Positions 12,801 through 24,691 of a stretch of DNA of 64,000 nt are shown in pieces. The notes beneath the pieces are model-generated. The model was given only the letters and a program-made list of their open reading frames with translations. It did not search any database and was not told the origin of the DNA. How positions within the stretch are numbered: the first letter of the stretch is position 1; each line of letters starts with the position of its first letter. The translations under genes and the position numbers were made by a program. Where the stretch lies: contig JBLDXI010000059.1 in the NCBI GenBank assembly GCA_047495785.1, forward strand, positions 62,001-126,000, written 5' to 3'. Origin of the DNA: Lepidodermella squamata. Taxonomy: Eukaryota > Animalia > Gastrotricha.

Positions 12801-15800
12801 CGACGCAATCACTATTATTTTGGTGCGCTGGATAAATACAGCGCGGAAGCCAAAAAGCCACCGCGGAAATAAATGAAAAACGAAAAAATGTTGCGCGCAT
12901 TTAAAAAAAAAGTAATCGGTCCCGCGCGGCAGCAGCTATAAAAAAGTGGCGCCAAGTAATCGGTTCCAGACACGGCGGCGCGTTACATTTTTCGCTTATC
13001 ATTCGGCTTTTGTTTTTTGCCCGCTGTGAAAAAACTAATCGACATGAGATTTGCGCGCTTCTAAGTTGTGCGCACCCGATGTTTAAGCTACTGCTGCGGC
13101 TCAACAAATCGTTGGAGCGAGGCGGAGGAGCAAAATTTATAATGTTGTTATTAGCAGGCGCATAAAAAAAGAGCCGCGCGCATGCTACATGATGCAAATA
13201 ATAGCAATAATAATAACCAGAGCGCGGCACTTGCCGGCGCAAGTGCTCGAAAGGCGATAATGACAATATATCATACAAGTAACGAACACGAATATCACTG
13301 AGAAGTATCTATGCCGAGATGGCGCCGACGATATGCGCACAACAACCTAAACATCATGTAAAAACAAAGCGTACGACGTGATGAATAATTGCCAGCGTCG
13401 TATCGAGTTGAGAATATCGGTCCGTTGATTATTTTTTCGCCGCGCTGCGACACTCCAAAAAGTTTTACATCGCGCGCGTGGGGTACTGAGCACATGTAAG
13501 CGATAATTTCGGGCGAAATAGGGAATGGAAAAAAGCGAGCAGTGATAAAAAACACGCGCGTGCCTTTTCGGACCAGCGATAATCGCCGCGTCCAGCCAGT
13601 TCGTTCGGATTTCCCTGGTGCGCGGATTAAATATATCTCATAGCACCGGAGTTAACCATAGCCTACCAGCAGGGCTCCTGAATTATCGGTAAAAGCTATT
13701 TTATCGGAATCGTCGCGATATGGAAATTTTCAGTCTTGAAAGCTCGAAAAATACTCTTTTAGAATTAGAATAAGGAATTATTTTCTCCCACTACAAGCCA
13801 AGGTTTCCGTTCAAAATACTTAGCTTGATCCACTAAACAATAAAATGAAAGATGATTGATGAATCTCTTATGAAAATAAGGTATGGTTGATAAGCTAGAA
13901 TGTGTTTTCCGATTTCGTAGCGCGTGAATCATCGGAAACTGAACTTCTATTGCTTGGGTCAAACATTTAAGGAAGCTTCAATCAGGAGATGTAATTACTC
14001 TGAGCATACTCTAGGAGCTTCATTTAACACAAGGGGGTTTCCTCTCGATTCGAAAGAAGGGAATCGAGGAAATAGACGATTTTTTGAGAACGACATAAGA
14101 ATTGTAGATCAATTTTTTGGAATGGGACATTAATCACCAATTTTAGTTAGATCAGTTGAATTTTGGCAGGATCCATAGTAGAAGATCTTCAAGTAACCTT
14201 ACGATGGCATGAGAGCTCCATGATTTTTTAAACAAATTCATAAATAAAGATCTAAAGCGAGAGGAAATTGGGCCGGCGCCACCTGATGTCGGAAACCGTG
14301 GCTGGCGCAGTGGAGCAAGTCCGTGTGTCGTGCATGATGATAGCATTGCCATGGCGTCGTCGGCAGCAATGAAATTGCGGCGCCGAAAATTGGAAATAGA
14401 ATAAATTAGCAGGCGGTTAGCTGCATCAACAGGCGCGATAATCGTCGCCGGCGTTATACGGCGGCGCATCCCGGTTGCGGCCCGCCCAGCAACGAGATAA
14501 TGGCGCAAAGTCGGTAAACAGCGATGGGCCGTTCGATTAGACGTCGCAGAAACGATACAGCGCGCGAGCGTAAAATACAGCTAATGATAACAACAAATAT
14601 TGACCGCCATCAGGGAATAGCTACTGCGACAAATTGCGCACTGCTAATGATTACAATAAATAACGTCAATTATCATCTGACCGCGCGACGCGCCTGATCA
14701 GCAGTAACAAGTTCTTCGGCGGCTTCTTTCAGCGCATCGAACGGAAGTTGATTGCATCGCGCGCTCGCCCTTAATGAAACCAACCGCATCAGCTGCCGAT
14801 GGCGCCTCGCGGGAACAAATTTGTCGCAAAAATAATTTAGCCGCGCTAATCAGGCCATTTCGCGTTTTGTTGCCAGGCAGCGCCGATCACTTGGTTCACT
14901 TGTTTCACGCGCGCAACCATGTTGGCGTCGTTTGTATGGTCCGGGACTTACACTGCGGTCTCGGATTTCCCTGGTGAGGCGCGGCTATGGTGCGCAGAAA
15001 TCGCTACCGCAAACAAATTGGTGCCAAACAAACGCCGTAAACAACACGAAAGTAATACGCCAGGCAAATGATCATATCGCGGCTTTATTGAGAAAAATGT
15101 AAATTTGTTTACTCAGCTACCATCATCATTGCGATATTATTACATTTTGTCAATGAAAATTACAACAATATTCGACAAGATCGCAGATGATGATTTTTGA
15201 TATGCGGATATGGCAGGCCTAGACATCTAGGGTGATGTCGGGAAACGGTGGGTATAAGAAAAAAAAATCGAGTTGATGCCGTGATGTTTGCCGTTCATAA
15301 ACACCTGGTTATATACTTATTTATAAAGACATCACGCTCTTAATCTAATGAAAAGGAGGAAGGAAGGCGCGTAAAAAATTAGCGATAATTACATCGTGTT
15401 TTGTGTGCATCAACGATATGAATAGTATATCGATCCTATTTTAATTTTACCCAACGTATTTAGAGCGTTCAATTTTTTCTGCGACGAAGAGCAGCGAGTG
15501 AACTGAAACTTCGAAAGCAGCTATGTACGCAATGAGAAATTATTTCCAGGGCTAAGTATAAGAGCAAATCACATCTTGCCGATAAGAGAGTTCGAACTTA
15601 GATTCGAATTCGGCTAAAACAATTTAACAAAAATTGTCAACCTGAAGTTACGATTAAAACCCTAACCTTCAGAATATATAACAATTATTTTTTGGCAGAC
15701 ATGGGTATTTTTAGAAAAAAAAACGAATTGTCTTTAATTCAGTTTGCCAAATGAATCATTTGCGTAAAAATTCAAAACGCAGAACACGACTTGGGAACTG

Positions 15801-16048
15801 GTACAAAACTACCGACTCAAATACCAGTTCAATAGTAAAAAATGACTTCCTTCCTTTTTTAACAAGAAAAACAGGTGGGTTGAATGAAATGTTAATATTT
15901 TACCTCCAGGGTTGACGAATGATGTGAGAAGAATTAAAATCGTCACGCCGAGATGCGTTGTTGGCACAGCCGATCGATGGAACAAGAACTTGTGTCGTTT
16001 GCAGCAGTTGCACGCAGGAGGTATCGTTTCGTTGGACTGCATTGTCAT
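9803..16048 (-). CDS. Ig-superfamily cell-adhesion protein with three Ig domains (lachesin/DIP/IgLON-like), stalk and hydrophobic C-terminal segment; exon 1 16048-15904, ~4.2 kb intron, further exons 11701-9803
   Basis: Exon 1 encodes a hydrophobic signal (HLGVTILILLTSFVNPG|) with a phase-1 donor matching the phase-1 acceptor at 11702. Ig1: GETAVLTC...W...DAGEYYC. Ig2: LICNASGYPRPRVEW...GRYRCRASNGVG. Ig3: VDCSISGHP...DFGSYTC. Then a P/S/T-rich stalk and GGLLLVAAVFHYWL. First- and last-exon assignments are less certain than the Ig exons. Confidence 0.82.
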
Positions 16049-17766
16049 TAAAAAATCATTTGCCGCCAAGCGAAACTGGACTCGGGCGGTAAAAAGTGCG
16101 TCGTAATAAAAATGATAAGATCCCTATAGTTGTGACCTATTCAAGACTGAGAAAAGAAATGAATTTAATAGCGAAGTTGAAGATTATTATGACGATATCT
16201 GTTCTCTCTCGTCGAGCTCTCGAGCGTGTCTGATGATCCACCTTGACAAAGGCCGTGGCAGCGATAATGGCGATCTGCTGAACGTAAACGGCGCCATTAA
16301 GGCCTATCAACGCGTGTTCGAGTGGTGGTTTTTGTGCCACTCTTCAGCGCGCGTGCTAATGCGACGCATCGCCAGCAATAACGCTGTCAAAGTGTCTGCT
16401 GCGAAAATCTCGACTACGCCGGGCCTTGACAGTTGATGGCCGGCTGCGATACGACGCCAAGCGCGTGCTGCTATGGCGGTAGTGGTGACAGCCGGCCGGT
16501 TGTGGCCGGTGTTGGGCCGAGTCTCGAAACTTGAGTAATTAAGAAATATTAGCGCTCATCTCGTGCGGCCATTCATCTTTTTTGCGAGCGCCAGCAATCG
16601 ATGCAATCACAACAATCACGCCGCAAATGTGTTGTGCCTGCGCCTGTGTCTCCCCTCTTCTCGCGCGCGAAAATAAATAGCAGGTGGATAGGCGCTTGCG
16701 CTGTTGTTTGCCGAAAATTTTCACTTCAGCTTGTTATAATACCTCCGATATAATAAGTAATAGTATCGAGAGAAACAACAGGCTCGACAGCCTTGGCAAC
16801 GCCGGGCGATTGTCACGCATGAATATTCATTCGGCTCATCATTAAAAAGCTGCTTGCCATCAGGCCGAGCAGGCGCCTAAAGTGAATATAAATATTTAAA
16901 CAAAAGGCATTTTTGGGCCGTGTTATATAGAAGTATACGCGGATCTAATCGCAGACAAACACATCGTATAATGCGCTGCACCGAAGCAGGAAAAAATCGG
17001 CGGAAATGCCGCCACCTGTAAAGCCGGAAATTGAGGAACTAAAATTTCCCCCCAAGTTGTTGTCGCAATAACAAGCAAATCCGGGCTACAGCTCTGCCGA
17101 AAAATCACTGGTAAAACGAGTGATGACACGCTATTCAATTAGCGACGATCGGATCGGCGACCAAGTGCGCGTTGTTTATTGCCCTGGCCGCGCGTGCACG
17201 GCCTGCTTGCTGCGTGCAGTAAATAACAACAATAAATTAGGCGGATGATAATAAAGTCGTCAAAAGTGCCAAGGCGCCAGATTTGTTTTGCGTCAACCTT
17301 CGCGAACCGACCGGCGATATAAACAAAATTGGGGTCGCCATCGCCGTTTCGCTCTACATAAATAAGTGAGTAAATCTGGAGCCGAGAGGTGTTACCCGAT
17401 GTCTGCCGCTCGGTCTTGAAACTCGAGTCGCCCGCCGCACATCCTCGTATCGAGACGATTTCGAAACCGAGCCTGTTAAATTTATTTCAAGTCGCGCGAT
17501 AAAACAGGCCCGGATCGATTTTCAACACACACCCTCCTCCAATTCCGTGTCAATTAACGCCGAATGCTAAGTATCCCGATGTTATCAGACTCGCCCTTTG
17601 CGCCGCGTTACGACAGAAGGCGAGCGCTATCCCCAAGATTTCATGATAACAAAACCAAGTTTCGCTTCATAATTTATTTTACTAATAAAAATAATGGCTA
17701 GAATCAACCGCGATTTGAATGCACCTGAGTGGAAAGATTATCGGTAGAAATCGGTTAAAGTCTTTT

Positions 17767-20700
17767 TTATTTGCCGCCGCTAAATTGGCCAGTCAAACAG
17801 CCGGCGACCAGTCGTTTGATGTCGTCTTCGCTGTACTTGATGTACTTGCCGCGGTTTGTCGTGAAGTTGGACGAGGCGTAGCAGTCGAGGAATTTCCCAT
17901 AGGGAGTTGTGACTTCCAGGGCAGCTGCTTGCAAAATCTCCGACCGCTGCGCCGGATCGACGACGGTATAACGGCGATGTTGATTGGTCAGCTGCTCCAA
18001 CTCGCAGTTGAATGTACTGAATTTGTCTTTCACAGCTTGACGATCCCTGAAATTTAAAAATAAATCCTCCTTAAAATAATTAATAAAAAGGACACACTTG
18101 TCTTTAGTGACAATAACCGGTTGGGAGTTTGGTGGTAAGCTGACCAGAGACCCGAGGTGGCCCCACGAGCTCATGTAGGCGATTCTGGCCTCGCGGAGCA
18201 GCCGCTCCATCTCCGCGGACCAGCCTAGCGCCGCCGAGCCGTTCGACGATGACCTCAGATGGGTCATCGGCTTCGAATGCTGGGCGTGGTGGTGTTGCTG
18301 CTGCGTCTGCATCGCGTCGATCCGCTGCAAATTTCGCACAACATAGCCGGCGTTGTTGAGAATGAAAACCGCGCGCAGTGATGCGTCATCGCCGTAGTTG
18401 TCCGCCCGGCGTTGAATGCCGCGAACCATCGCCTGACGCAGCCGCTCTTCGTAGTCGACCCACTGAACGGCCGATGTCAACCCGGTGCCTGAGTTCGACC
18501 CCGGCGAGGCAGTTGGAGCAAGATTCGCGGCAGAGGGCCGGCGTTGAGATAACGCTGCAGCGGCTGATTGCTGACCCCCACTCGACGATGTCGAGGATAG
18601 AGCTTGGCCGGCTAATTTCGATAGCGGTAGCAAATCTTCAAGGGCGCGAATCACGCCAGCAGTCATTTCGTGGACCGTGCCATCGCGAGGCATTTCACTC
18701 AACGCTTGTTTGTGGCTGGTCGGCGTGTCGCTCTGGCTAGCCGCAGGGACCGCCTCAGCCGCTGCTATTGCACTCAAAGCGGCCAATGCGACACTGGAAG
18801 CACGTCTCACCTCGCCAAGAGCCTCGTGGAGTCGCTTCTGCGCTCGTTCCGGCAGCGGTAAGAACTGCAAACTCTGCTTAGATTTAGGCCCATTTTCGCT
18901 TATCTGCGGCTGTTCCAGGGCTAGAAGAAGGTTGTCGAGCTGCTGCATGGCAATGAGCATCGCTACGGAGGTTCCCGGCGATTGGTGCGCGTAACGCCGA
19001 GCCGCCTTAACCAACGAAAGAGCTGCATCTCCAAGCTGATCGAACAAAATTCGAGTAATACGGTCGAGCAGGGTGATGGCAATCGAGATTGTTAACGCGG
19101 GCGGGGCTGGTTTCTTCGCGCAGCCAATGATACGGCTGATAAGATCGGCGTGGGAGCGCATCAGCACGAAACAGGCCGCGCATAGGCTGACTACCATCGA
19201 AGATTGACGGGAAGGATCTTCGAAAATCGCTGCAAATGACGTTTGAGTGCCGGATGTTGGCGTTTGTTGGTTTCGAGACGCGTTACCAGGGCCAGCCGGA
19301 GTTCCGCCGCCGCCACCTCTCAACGTACCACCTTGTTGCACAGCTTGAGGCGGTAGGGTACTGCAAAATTAACAAATTCAACGTTAGAGAAATATTTCAC
19401 GCGAAAATTCAAGCGAAAGCATGCGAAAAATTAGGGTGGATTAGATCCCAAAATATTAGGAAGCAAGCGACCAACGTGTAAGCTGCGTGAGTACGACGCT
19501 CCCGGATGGCAAGCGAGCTTCGGCGCTGGGAAACAGATCCCAAGTCAGGGGCTAAGTCACTCTCGCTGACGCACCTAGCGAGATGTTCGTTGAGGCGGGT
19601 CATCAATTGGCCCAACGAGCGAGAAAGCGCCCGTCCGACTATATCAGCGTAATCAGGCAGCTGGCCATTTGGGACAGGTGGATTGTTCGTCTCAAACCAT
19701 TGCCAAATTGCAGCAACGCGGCCCACGCCAGCCTCTGGCATCAGCTCCGGAAATTGATTTATTTCGGAAATATCGTTCACTATAGTAAAAAATACCAGTT
19801 GGAATTGAAAGCATCTCCATCAATTCAGGTTTACCGTCAATGCACGAAGCTAGGGTTGGGACGGTGAGATGACCAGCATACTGCACCAAAATTTTGTCCA
19901 TGTATTGAAGCAGCTTGTCTCGTCCATTTGTATATAACGTGCGCTGTAGATACATGAAGTTAAAATATATTGTTATCGTTTAATCACTTTGGTTCGATGC
20001 GATCACATCAAAACGATACGTCAAACAACATTCCGGTAATTTTCACTGCTCAACATCAATAATTTGCCATGCTTGTAATTTCTTGCAAATCAATCGGCTC
20101 ACAGACATCACTAATTTTGTGGGGTAATGCAAATTTTTTTTGGTAAAATCGTGCTGGTTGATTGACGACTTTCTTACTGTCAAAATATAGTACTGCATGT
20201 TTTCGCATTGCTGTCAGCAAATTCAACAATCAAGATAATACAAATGAGATGATCTAGCGAATAACTATAACATTGTCACAATTCTACCGGTTCGTTGAGA
20301 CCATCCTAGAAATTCAATAATGAATACTTTATTGAACAACTTACAGCAGTTGAGGCGTGATAGGATCCTGGGTTGACATTGCCAAAGAAATCAGCAGCAT
20401 TTCGAAGTTTGGTCATCGCCTCCAAGTATGATGACAAGTCACAAGATGCAGGCCTAGTTGTAAACGTTATCAGGCTACTTGCAGTATATTATTAACAAGA
20501 TTTACCCTCTGTCGATCAGCTGATCAGTTTGCGAAATGGTAGCGTAATGCTGCTGAACACTCTGGAGTTTACTGAGAGTTTGTTCCGCATTAGTTGCTTT
20601 CTGTTTCAATTGATCTGTTTGATCTCGAACGGGGAGTAACAACGTTTCCATGTCAGTCAGTTTCTTATCCAAGCCATCCAGTGCTTCAACTATAGTGCCG

Positions 20701-20807
20701 GCTAATGAATCCAAATGATAAGTTATTTCTCGCATTCGGTTGACATTTTCTTGTTCCAATTTGAGCTTTTGGGTACATTCGGAGTGGATTGCAGAGAACT
20801 CCGACAT
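17767..20807 (-). CDS. EXOC7: Exocyst complex component 7 (Exo70), multi-exon
   Basis: N-terminal coiled coil LETLLLPVRDQTDQLKQKATNAEQTL and YLEAMTKL; MPRDGTVHEMT; AVFILNNAGYV; C-terminal KDRQAVKDKFSTFN...FTTNRGKYIKYS. All are Exo70 hallmarks, joined by short GT-AG introns. Confidence 0.95.
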
Positions 20808-20842
20808 TCTCCAGCTATGTCCACAGTAAATAGGACGTCTAA

Positions 20843-20898
20843 TGTATATGAGATGTATATATGTATAGATGTATATGTATATATGTATATGAGATGAG
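20843..20898. repeat. Degenerate (TA/TG)-rich microsatellite upstream of EXOC7
   Basis: tgtatatgagatgtatatatgtatagatgtatatgtatatatgtatatgag. Confidence 0.8.
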
Positions 20899-21141
20899 AT
20901 GACTCGAAAATAGAGCGTCAAGTTAGACGAAATAAGAGTTCCATGTCATTTCAGACAGAAAGCAGCTCACCGCCTACCATCTCCAAGGGCGCTTCCCTCA
21001 ACTCGCCCTTGGAAACTCAGGCCTAGGCAGCGGATATAAGATTCCGCGATGTAATCTTTCCGGGCAATCAAGTCTTCTACAAAGCTCTAATATTTGCATT
21101 TCAGGGTGAGCTTCAGAAGTGGGCGATCCGAAAATTCAGGG

Positions 21142-21292
21142 AGAATAAAAAACGCTCTCAGAGCGATCGCTATCAGACGGTCAAGATTAAGGTTAAGGAT
21201 AGGTTTAGGGTTAGGGTTAGGGTTAGGGTTAGGATGGGGGTGGGGTGCCCTCTGAGCCCTCTGAGAGCGATGCCCTCTGAGAGCGCACTTCT
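21142..21292. mobile_element. Small inverted-repeat (MITE-like) element containing interstitial (TTAGGG)n
   Basis: CGCTCTCAGAG (21153-21163) is inverted as CTCTGAGAGCG (21275-21285, with extra partial copies). Between them lie four perfect TTAGGG units plus degenerate units (~21205-21233). Confidence 0.6.
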
Positions 21293-21741
21293 ACCAACGA
21301 AATTGGAGGAGGTTAAAAAACATAGATATACATACGGTATTCCGAAAGTCAGAAAGTTTGTCAGTTACAAGCAACAAGTTTTCGCTCCGGCAACCGCTTG
21401 AGCAGCGTACAAAGCGTTGCAGTTGCAGCTTTGGCAGAGATAGGCGATCTTGCATTTTACCCGCGTAACCTTAAGTGGATAAAACCATTGCACCCGATAT
21501 TTTATTTTTACTAAAAATCAAAAGTTTTTGTTGACAAACATTTTTAGAATACATTAGAGAGATTCTCAATTTTTTTTAAATTTATTGACCTTCACGCATT
21601 TTTTATAGCCGCGTCCATCATCATTGATGATCCAAAAAAATGAAACCGGCTTATCTCGCGCGAATACGACGTCATCGACTTCTTCCAACCCCAGGATTCC
21701 ACCTGAGATTGATTCCGTGTTGGCTTACGCATCAGTACCTC

Positions 21742-21930
21742 TTACATGGAAGGCGCAACAGTGAAAAAATCCGAAGCGTCGTTTCGCCATTTAAGAAAGT
21801 CAAACATTATATCATCGTCAATTTGATGACGCCGAGCGTGGGTGAATTTCTGACACAGAGCACAACCCTGGCAGTCATTGGTAACCAGCGATTTACAAAT
21901 ATAGCTGGGCGAATAATCCCCATTTATTTC
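21742..21930 (-). mobile_element. Possible P-element/THAP9-like transposase C-terminal relic
   Basis: DYSPSYICKSLVTNDCQGCALC...FLKWRN...TVAPS loosely matches the 'YIAGYI..L...C..C...PS' P-transposase tail, and it lies among other TE relics. Confidence 0.3.
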
Positions 21931-22314
21931 GCGCTCATTTGAGCAAGCTGAGCAGGAGGCATATACAAATAGCATTTTAATCAGTTGCGACTACCAGTGG
22001 CGTAGATAATGTCGAAGCACCGGGGTAGCAAAATTTCGCCAAGGTCCAGAAAGGGTAGTGTCAATATTAGGATGGGCGTTAAAATACTTAATCAAATTAA
22101 TGAAATCTAAAGGAAATGACAGACAAATCAATTTTAACGAAAAACTGAATACTCCAACTATGACATCACTCTCACATTCTATGACATCACTCTTCTTCAT
22201 ATTCAGATGCAAAAGCTCTTCATTATCTTCCGAAAGCTCGTCAATGTTAGAATTTTCTCTTCTAATAGTACAAGTTCTTTTTGTAATCTTTTTTACTTGA
22301 AAAATAGTGCGACT

Positions 22315-22428
22315 TTTTAGGTGCCGTTTGGCGAATTCGTCGATGACAGCTTCGATATCAACCTCATGAGCTAGTTCTCTTTCGATGAATATTAATGACA
22401 GCCCATTCAGCATTTCTTGAGCTGGCAT
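22315..22428 (-). mobile_element. hAT transposase C-terminal dimerisation-domain relic (ZMYM1-like)
   Basis: QEMLNGLSLIFIERELAHEVDIEAVIDEFAKRH matches the hAT tail 'QERLNGLALLSIE...IDEFA'. Confidence 0.75.
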
Positions 22429-22589
22429 GGCTTCTGGTTTTTGCCTCTTGTCTCTTTCTTGTTGACGTCAAATTTAAATGATCACTATTGGAACTTGGTA
22501 TGTGGTATGTGTACTCAGAAATACACGAGTGTCGTTGAGGTCGGTTCGATTTTGGCGAGTTAATTTAGCTTCGAGTTAATTCGCAGCTG

Positions 22590-23550
22590 ATTTCACATCG
22601 TTCCAAGGACATGAGCATCGTAAATTATTTTGATATACCGAGAACCGAAGTGCCTTGCTCTAAATTTTGGCTGTCATGTCTGCAACATAATGGTGCAAAA
22701 GTCGGCCGCTGTCTAATAATGCATCGTTAGGGTCTTTACAATCTAAAAATACGTTGTCTGGAATTCATCTTTCCTTTATCCTTAATCCTTGCCCTCCGAC
22801 GAAACAGATCAATGTACGTCAGGAATACGTCAGGGTCATATAGTGAATTCTATTTGATAAAGGGAGTGACTGTTATTCAAAGACCGCTTTTTGATAACCC
22901 GAGTACCTGCGACCTTATTGGAAGCTACGGCGTCATATTGACGGTCATTTTATTCATTTGTTCATTTGATAACATGAGCTGTACATCATCCGATTGAGAT
23001 TAATAGATTTCAACAGCTTGTTGGACAAGTTTGATATCGTTAGCGACGCGCCAAAACAACCACTTTACTATTTATAGCTTTTTTATGGAAAGTACGTTCG
23101 ACTCTTGAACGTAAATTCAAATTACGATGAGTACGATCAGTGCTCAAAAAGCCGAACGTACTCCTTCTTTACGCTCGGCTCGTCAAAGTACGATCGAATG
23201 AGTCATCAAAGTGGTTGTTTTGGCGCGTCGCTAACGATATATGGGTTGCAGTTTTGAAGAAACTTCCGAAGTAATAGCGACATGGTACTGTCCAAATTCG
23301 ACTTTGCGTTGAGTCATGCTTGGAGAGCGTCATATTTGTCGTGTACCCAAAGCTGATATAATTTGGGTCGACACCCGGACGTAACGAATAGGGATCCGAT
23401 GACATGGTAGACTTGCATATGGGGTGTCTAAAAGTAGTATCCCTGATCTCGTGGCTTCATTTTAATGTCTGCAATGTTGCCGGTAACGTGCATCCACGCT
23501 AAGGCGTTGATAATATTATAGGCCCTGATAAATTTTCGAAAATGTGACGT
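22590..23550 (-). pseudogene. Degenerate Helitron RepHel N-terminal region (stops/frameshifts), interrupted by a MITE
   Basis: Ordered minus-strand fragments HFRKFIRAYN, QVYHVIGSL...PKLYQLWVHD, LQNCNPY|IKLVQQAVE, RQYDAVASNKVAG, NSLYDP..LTY..LF and LLDSGRLLHHYVADMTAKI*SKALRF follow the Helitron Rep motif order (FR.NIR.YN; GQVYH.IGSL; NPY; RYN.P..EVA; YDPL.YPLLF; GRLFQQY.VD..AKIE). Confidence 0.8.
23037..23237. mobile_element. MITE (~201 bp) with perfect terminal inverted repeats and TA (or ATAT) target-site duplication
   Basis: 23034-23066 ATATCGTTAGCGACGCGCCAAAACAACCACTTT is the exact reverse complement of 23208-23240. Excision restores the Helitron frame CNPYIKL. Confidence 0.88.
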
Positions 23551-24162
23551 TCTTGATAGATGTTTTATTTTACGAATCCTATGAGACCGTTCTCAGTCTA
23601 TGTTTTATATTTAAACTGGTAGCATTAGACTCGGGAAATATTTTTTGCGCAAGAGACGAGCGAGAGTTTTATTTATTTATTTAAGAGCATTTATCACACA
23701 GTTGAGAGCTCGGTTATAAAAAAATGTCAGTGCGAAAGAAGGTAACAACAAAGTCATGATTATTCAGTCCTGTTCAAGAGTCAAGTAATGTTCTAAAAAT
23801 CAACAATTATTTGAGATCGACAGCAGCTTGTTATATACACGCTCATCCGTTATTGAAGCGTCAGTTGAAGCGTTAGTATTGGAATATCGATCAAATTTAT
23901 GAAATCATGCATGATTGGTTTATTTTCGCCAAAAACAGAAATTAACAACTTTGTTTCAAACCCTGAAGCAAATTCGAAGGCCCGAGCTGTATTTAATTTG
24001 CTCATGGAAAAGCAAAAAACTGATGAATTTGTGTAAATACGGTAGCCTTCAACTACTTAGGTTATTACACGTTCTTAATTGTTTCAGCTACGATGAAACA
24101 AGGCAGTTAATATTTAATTTCCACTTCTGACCGATTAATTTTCACATTTCTAGTTATTAAAC

Positions 24163-24691
24163 ATGAAAGCTGAGACATCTTTCATATTTGGAACTATCGC
24201 TGTTGCCTTGGTCGTCGTTAGCTTGGTTCAGGCGACCGGCACTGGGCATGGCCATGGCCACGGCGGCGGCCACGGACATGGTCACGGTAATGGGCAACCT
24301 TTGCGCGAAGATCCTCAGCATCTAGCGGAGCACATGGAAGGAAAATTCGAAAAGCCAGTGGAAAACATGACCCAGGAAGAACTGACCTTTCATTACTTCA
24401 AATTCCATGACTACGACAACAACAACCGTCTCGATGGCTTGGAATTGATCAAGGCTGTTACCCATTACGGTTCGTTTCAACTTTTTTTATGACTTTTGTC
24501 CTAATCAATGGTTTTAATCAGACGCTGAACAAGCCGCAGCCTCGGGACAACAGCAGACTACGCCTCCTAACAAGTATACTGACGATTATTTCTCGACACT
24601 TATCGACGGAATTCTGAAAGAAGGCGACTCCAATAATGACGGCTACATTGATTACGCCGAGTTCGTCAGAATGCAACACCGCACTCAGTGA
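24163..24691 (+). CDS. MCFD2: Multiple coagulation factor deficiency protein 2 (EF-hand ER-Golgi cargo receptor subunit); exons 24163-24469, 24522-24691
   Basis: Signal peptide, HLAEHMEG, MTQEELTFHYFKFHDYDNNNRLDGLELIKAVTH, then after a 52-nt intron a second EF-hand IDGILKEGDSNNDGYIDYAEF. Confidence 0.95.

Noticed and set aside
12293-13555. Cluster of overlapping 60-125 aa ORFs on both strands
   Set aside because: They lie inside intron 1 of the Ig gene and give Arg/Ala/Cys-rich translations expected from CGCG-rich non-coding DNA, with no domain motifs.
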